Positions 54,254 to 57,275 of a DNA stretch of 57,275 nt are shown here, in pieces. The first letter of the stretch is position 1. Each line of letters opens with the position of its first letter. The translations under genes were made by a program, and so were the position numbers. Source of the stretch: a virus (lineage: Duplodnaviria; Caudoviricetes). The notes beneath the pieces are model-generated. The model did no database searches, was not told the origin of the DNA, and saw nothing but the letters and a program-made list of their open reading frames with translations. Where the stretch lies: positions 1 to 57,275 of IMG/VR virus record IMGVR_UViG_3300022542_000851; one strand, 5' to 3'.

Positions 54254-55726
54254 TCATGCTGTCGCCGTCGCTTCACCGGCTTCGCTCGCCGCCGTCGGCG
54301 CGATTCGCGTAACTATCTGCGCCAGCCGACTATCGAATGTCGAGCCCGCCTCCTCCATCGGCAGCACCAGTTGCGTGCCATCCGACGTCGCCGCCTTATC
54401 CGCCGCGTATGCGATGAGCGCTATCGCCTTTAGAGCCTCCTCTGCTTGCAGCCTAACAAGACGATCAACCCAGGAAATGGCACGGTTCAGATAGACCCGC
54501 CCATCGGTAACCGACCACACTGGTGCCCCTGGATCGTTACAGAAGTCGAGCCGGAACACCCCGGCGCCCTTCTTGCGCATCGATTTATCCCCGGGTTGTA
54601 ACTCGACAGCCTGGCCATGTTTTCGACCGGTACCTCGCGGCTTGACGGTCCCGGACTTGTCGCCCTTCCCTCGCCGCCGCGCCTTTGTGGCTGGCCACTC
54701 CGCTTGCAACGAGTCGTTGATCTTTCCTGTGAGCTCGCTCAGCTGTATGCTCCGGGTCTGACTCTCGGCCCGCATCAGTAGCGGGCCCAGCTTTGCGCGC
54801 AGCGCCGCGTCAAGGGCTTCCAGCTTCGAGGCTTCGTTGAGTCGCGTTTTATTCTTGTCGAGGGTCCAGGCCCTGCCAATGTGCAGCTCACCAGCGATGC
54901 GGGCCGTGCTGTATCCTCCGCATCCGATCGCGCTCCGTCGCTCGATCACCCGGTTGCCATAGTGGATAGCCAGGCCCTGGGCGTGGTTGTGTTCCGTTTC
55001 CGCACGCACGACGCCGCAGATGAGGCGCACTGAACGTCCTGCGACTTCGACCTCCTCGTCGATCGACATCTCGAACGCCGGCAGCTCCGCACCAGTCGCC
55101 GTCAGCCGCTTTCGACCTTGACGGAACACGATCTGCTTTCCATCGCGCAGCGCGGGCGTGTAAGTAGCCCCGATGTCACGCACGCGATCCGCAAGCATGC
55201 GGCCAGTAGGGATCCGCCGGTGACGGTCTATGCCGACAAGCCGCACGGACATGCCTCCCTCGGCCCGTAGCCCGTACCGTCGGCATGTCGCCTCCTGCGC
55301 TGGCGCGCTGCGCACTTTCGGTACTCGCCAGGTATCGATCGTTGGCCAGTCGATCTCAGCGCTCCATACCAAGCCTTTACAAATCGACGTATACTCGGCC
55401 CGTGCGTTGAGCCAGATTGCGGCCTCTTTTCCGCCTATTCCGTAGGTTCCGATCGTCGTCGTGTCGTGCTCATGGTGCCCGCCGAGATTGATGAGTGCGA
55501 GCATCCCCTCGCGTCCACACCCCGCCCCGTCATCCACCACGATCAAGTCGCGCCCACGCAGCTCCAGGTCGACGCGCGACGCGCCAGCGTCGAAGGCGTT
55601 GTCTATCAGCTCGCACAGTATGAGCGACCAGTTAAGCGAAGCCTGGTTCTGGAATATTCGAATCAGCTTACGGGGGCCAGGAGTAACGTCCTCGAATTGC
55701 TCGTCCTGCTCTTCCGGTCTAGACAT
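54254..55726 (-). CDS. MORC-type GHKL ATPase without a nuclease domain
   Basis: ELIDNAFDA, DDGAG, IGTYGIGGK; S5-fold-like GLAIHYGNRVI and LDKNK. Confidence 0.88.
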   Translation of the reverse strand: MSRPEEQDEQFEDVTPGPRKLIRIFQNQASLNWSLILCELIDNAFDAGASRVDLELRGRDLIVVDDGAGCGREGMLALINLGGHHEHDTTTIGTYGIGGKEAAIWLNARAEYTSICKGLVWSAEIDWPTIDTWRVPKVRSAPAQEATCRRYGLRAEGGMSVRLVGIDRHRRIPTGRMLADRVRDIGATYTPALRDGKQIVFRQGRKRLTATGAELPAFEMSIDEEVEVAGRSVRLICGVVRAETEHNHAQGLAIHYGNRVIERRSAIGCGGYSTARIAGELHIGRAWTLDKNKTRLNEASKLEALDAALRAKLGPLLMRAESQTRSIQLSELTGKINDSLQAEWPATKARRRGKGDKSGTVKPRGTGRKHGQAVELQPGDKSMRKKGAGVFRLDFCNDPGAPVWSVTDGRVYLNRAISWVDRLVRLQAEEALKAIALIAYAADKAATSDGTQLVLPMEEAGSTFDSRLAQIVTRIAPTAASEAGEATATA

Positions 55727-56339
55727 CCTCGCCCTCCGGTTCGAATTGATCCGCCAGCGTCTTCAACTTGATAGCCAGTAGCGGCAAGCTGTCGGCTGGC
55801 CAGCGTTGCGCTTCCTTGAGAACGATCGCGCGCAGCCGGTCGGACGCCTTATGGATGTCGAAGCTGTCACCTCCTCGCGACCCAGCGCCCGGCTCTACGT
55901 GGCGGGCGACCACTTCGGCTACGTGCTTCGCCGTGACGGTTCCGTCCGGCGCGGTCTCGACAACTTCCGCCCACACCTTCGGCACGTCCTCGGCGGTGAG
56001 CTTCGTCAGCGGCCGGGTCTGTGCTTCGTTCTGCGGGAGCGAATGCGAGCAATTGCTCGCATCGCTGAGAAGTCCCATCACTCGGTTTGCCGCCATTAAC
56101 TGTTGCGCCACTCGAACGTTCAAGCCCCACCGCTTCTCGCAGTAGTCTTCGAACGTCGCGTGCTCGGCGCGGTAGAGCGCTTTGCCGTTCGCGCCGCTAT
56201 TCTGGATCTCAACCAGAGCGAGGCCGACATCCACGAACGACCGCTGCCCGGCGGCTATGGTCTCTTCCAGAGCTTCTAGTCGCTTCGCCTCATGATCGCT
56301 CAGAGCTTGCTTGCTGTCGCGGGCCGCAACGACAGTCAC
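55719..56339 (-). CDS. Helical DNA-associated protein resembling N-terminal domains of phage MTases
   Basis: FVDVGLALVEI...LYR...TFEDYCEKRWG...NEAQTRPL...VTAKHV. Confidence 0.7.
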   Translation of the reverse strand: MTVVAARDSKQALSDHEAKRLEALEETIAAGQRSFVDVGLALVEIQNSGANGKALYRAEHATFEDYCEKRWGLNVRVAQQLMAANRVMGLLSDASNCSHSLPQNEAQTRPLTKLTAEDVPKVWAEVVETAPDGTVTAKHVAEVVARHVEPGAGSRGGDSFDIHKASDRLRAIVLKEAQRWPADSLPLLAIKLKTLADQFEPEGEDV

Positions 56340-57275
56340 AGCTGCGCCTCCGCTGGCCGCAAGGCCTTGATCGTCGTCCGGGTCGGCTGCTCGATGCCGC
56401 CGGCGGCGGTGATAGCCCCGATGAGTTCGCGTTCCAGCTGGCTGGCTGGCGAGCCGTTCGCGTACTGCTTCGCGATCTCGGCCAGGGCCTTGAAGGTGAT
56501 GGACACGTCGAGCCCGGCCGCGGCTTCGTCCCCCAGGCGCTCGACGACGACCTCACGCACGGTCGGTGCGTCCAGGCGCCGCTTGCCGGGCTCCTCGACC
56601 TCGGATAGAATCCGGCCATCCGGCAGCGGCACCTCGATGCCTTCGGCGACCATCGACTCCACGATGTCGATCACTTTCAAGGCGACGGCGCCGGCCGCCT
56701 TCGCCATGGTGTATACCTCGCCGGCCAGTGCCGGGCTCAGCGCCTGCGGCCGCGCCGGTACGATCGACGGCCCCTCGACTTCGGCGCCGTCCCTGCGCTC
56801 AACCTCGAGCGCGAACGCGCGGGCAGCCTCGAGATGACCCGGGCAGCTGACGAAGCGCGCCGGGCAGAACCGGCAGTGCTCGCCGATGTTGACGTCGACG
56901 CCGCGCCCGGCCTCGTATCGCTCGCGGGCTGCGCGCACGCGCTCGGCGATGGACTCCAGCCGGCCGGCGACGGCGCCGAGGTCGATGCTGTCGAGCTCGA
57001 CAGCGGACCGCCAGGGGCGGCGCCCGACCTCGATCCAGACGATCTCCACGATGGCGCGGGCGCGGCCGTAGGCGCGGGCGGCGGCCAGCCCGTAGATCTC
57101 GAGCTGCAGGCCGGGCGGCTTGCGGTTCGTCCAGCCGGTCTTGAGGTCCGGGACGTACACCCCGTCGGCCTCGAGCATGCCAACCAGGTCGACCTCGCCG
57201 GCGACATCGGAATCGGTGGCGCCCGAGTAGTCGCGGCCCGTGCCGCGGCCGAGCTCGCGCGCCTCGCCGGTGTCG
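56336..57275 (-). CDS. PD-(D/E)XK Cas4/RecB-like exonuclease, 3' part
   Basis: Motifs DLKTG and QLEIYG, plus the HCRFCPARFVSC cysteine cluster. Confidence 0.85.
   Translation of the reverse strand, partial: DTGEARELGRGTGRDYSGATDSDVAGEVDLVGMLEADGVYVPDLKTGWTNRKPPGLQLEIYGLAAARAYGRARAIVEIVWIEVGRRPWRSAVELDSIDLGAVAGRLESIAERVRAARERYEAGRGVDVNIGEHCRFCPARFVSCPGHLEAARAFALEVERRDGAEVEGPSIVPARPQALSPALAGEVYTMAKAAGAVALKVIDIVESMVAEGIEVPLPDGRILSEVEEPGKRRLDAPTVREVVVERLGDEAAAGLDVSITFKALAEIAKQYANGSPASQLERELIGAITAAGGIEQPTRTTIKALRPAEAQL
57135..57275. repeat. Terminal direct repeat (circular assembly overlap), right copy
   Basis: Identical to 1-141. Confidence 0.97.

Noticed and set aside
54254-55726. Histidine kinase partner for the receiver domain
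   Set aside because: No HisKA/H-box; the ATPase is N-terminal with MORC-like downstream motifs
56336-57275. CRISPR adaptation cas4
   Set aside because: No cas1/cas2 or array; the context is a phage recombination module

Overview
The window appears to be the complete genome of a high-GC temperate tailed dsDNA phage (siphovirus-like). Bases 1-141 repeat exactly at 57135-57275, so the unit genome is 57,134 bp and a Cas4-like PD-(D/E)XK nuclease gene spans the junction. Most genes are on the minus strand. Modules are: recombination/early (nuclease, putative SSAP, MazG, Dam MTase); lysogeny (tyrosine integrase, divergent regulators); a membrane-protein/lysis-position region with no recognisable endolysin; tail (fibre-like genes, tape measure, frameshifted chaperone, tail tube); head/packaging (capsid, scaffold, portal, terminases); and replication/accessory (initiator, ASCH-like, DUF5131, HNH). 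The most notable items are: a nuclease-less MORC-type GHKL ATPase coupled to a helical partner gene; a ~570-nt structured non-coding region ending in a terminator; a stand-alone receiver domain with Glu at the phospho-acceptor position; an 11-bp array forming a chain of GTGA-coupled 4-codon minicistrons; several genes bracketed by duplicated stop/start junctions; a promoter-hairpin leader shared by two HNH genes; and tail-fibre-like genes with signal peptides. All product calls come from motif recognition by eye, with no database search.
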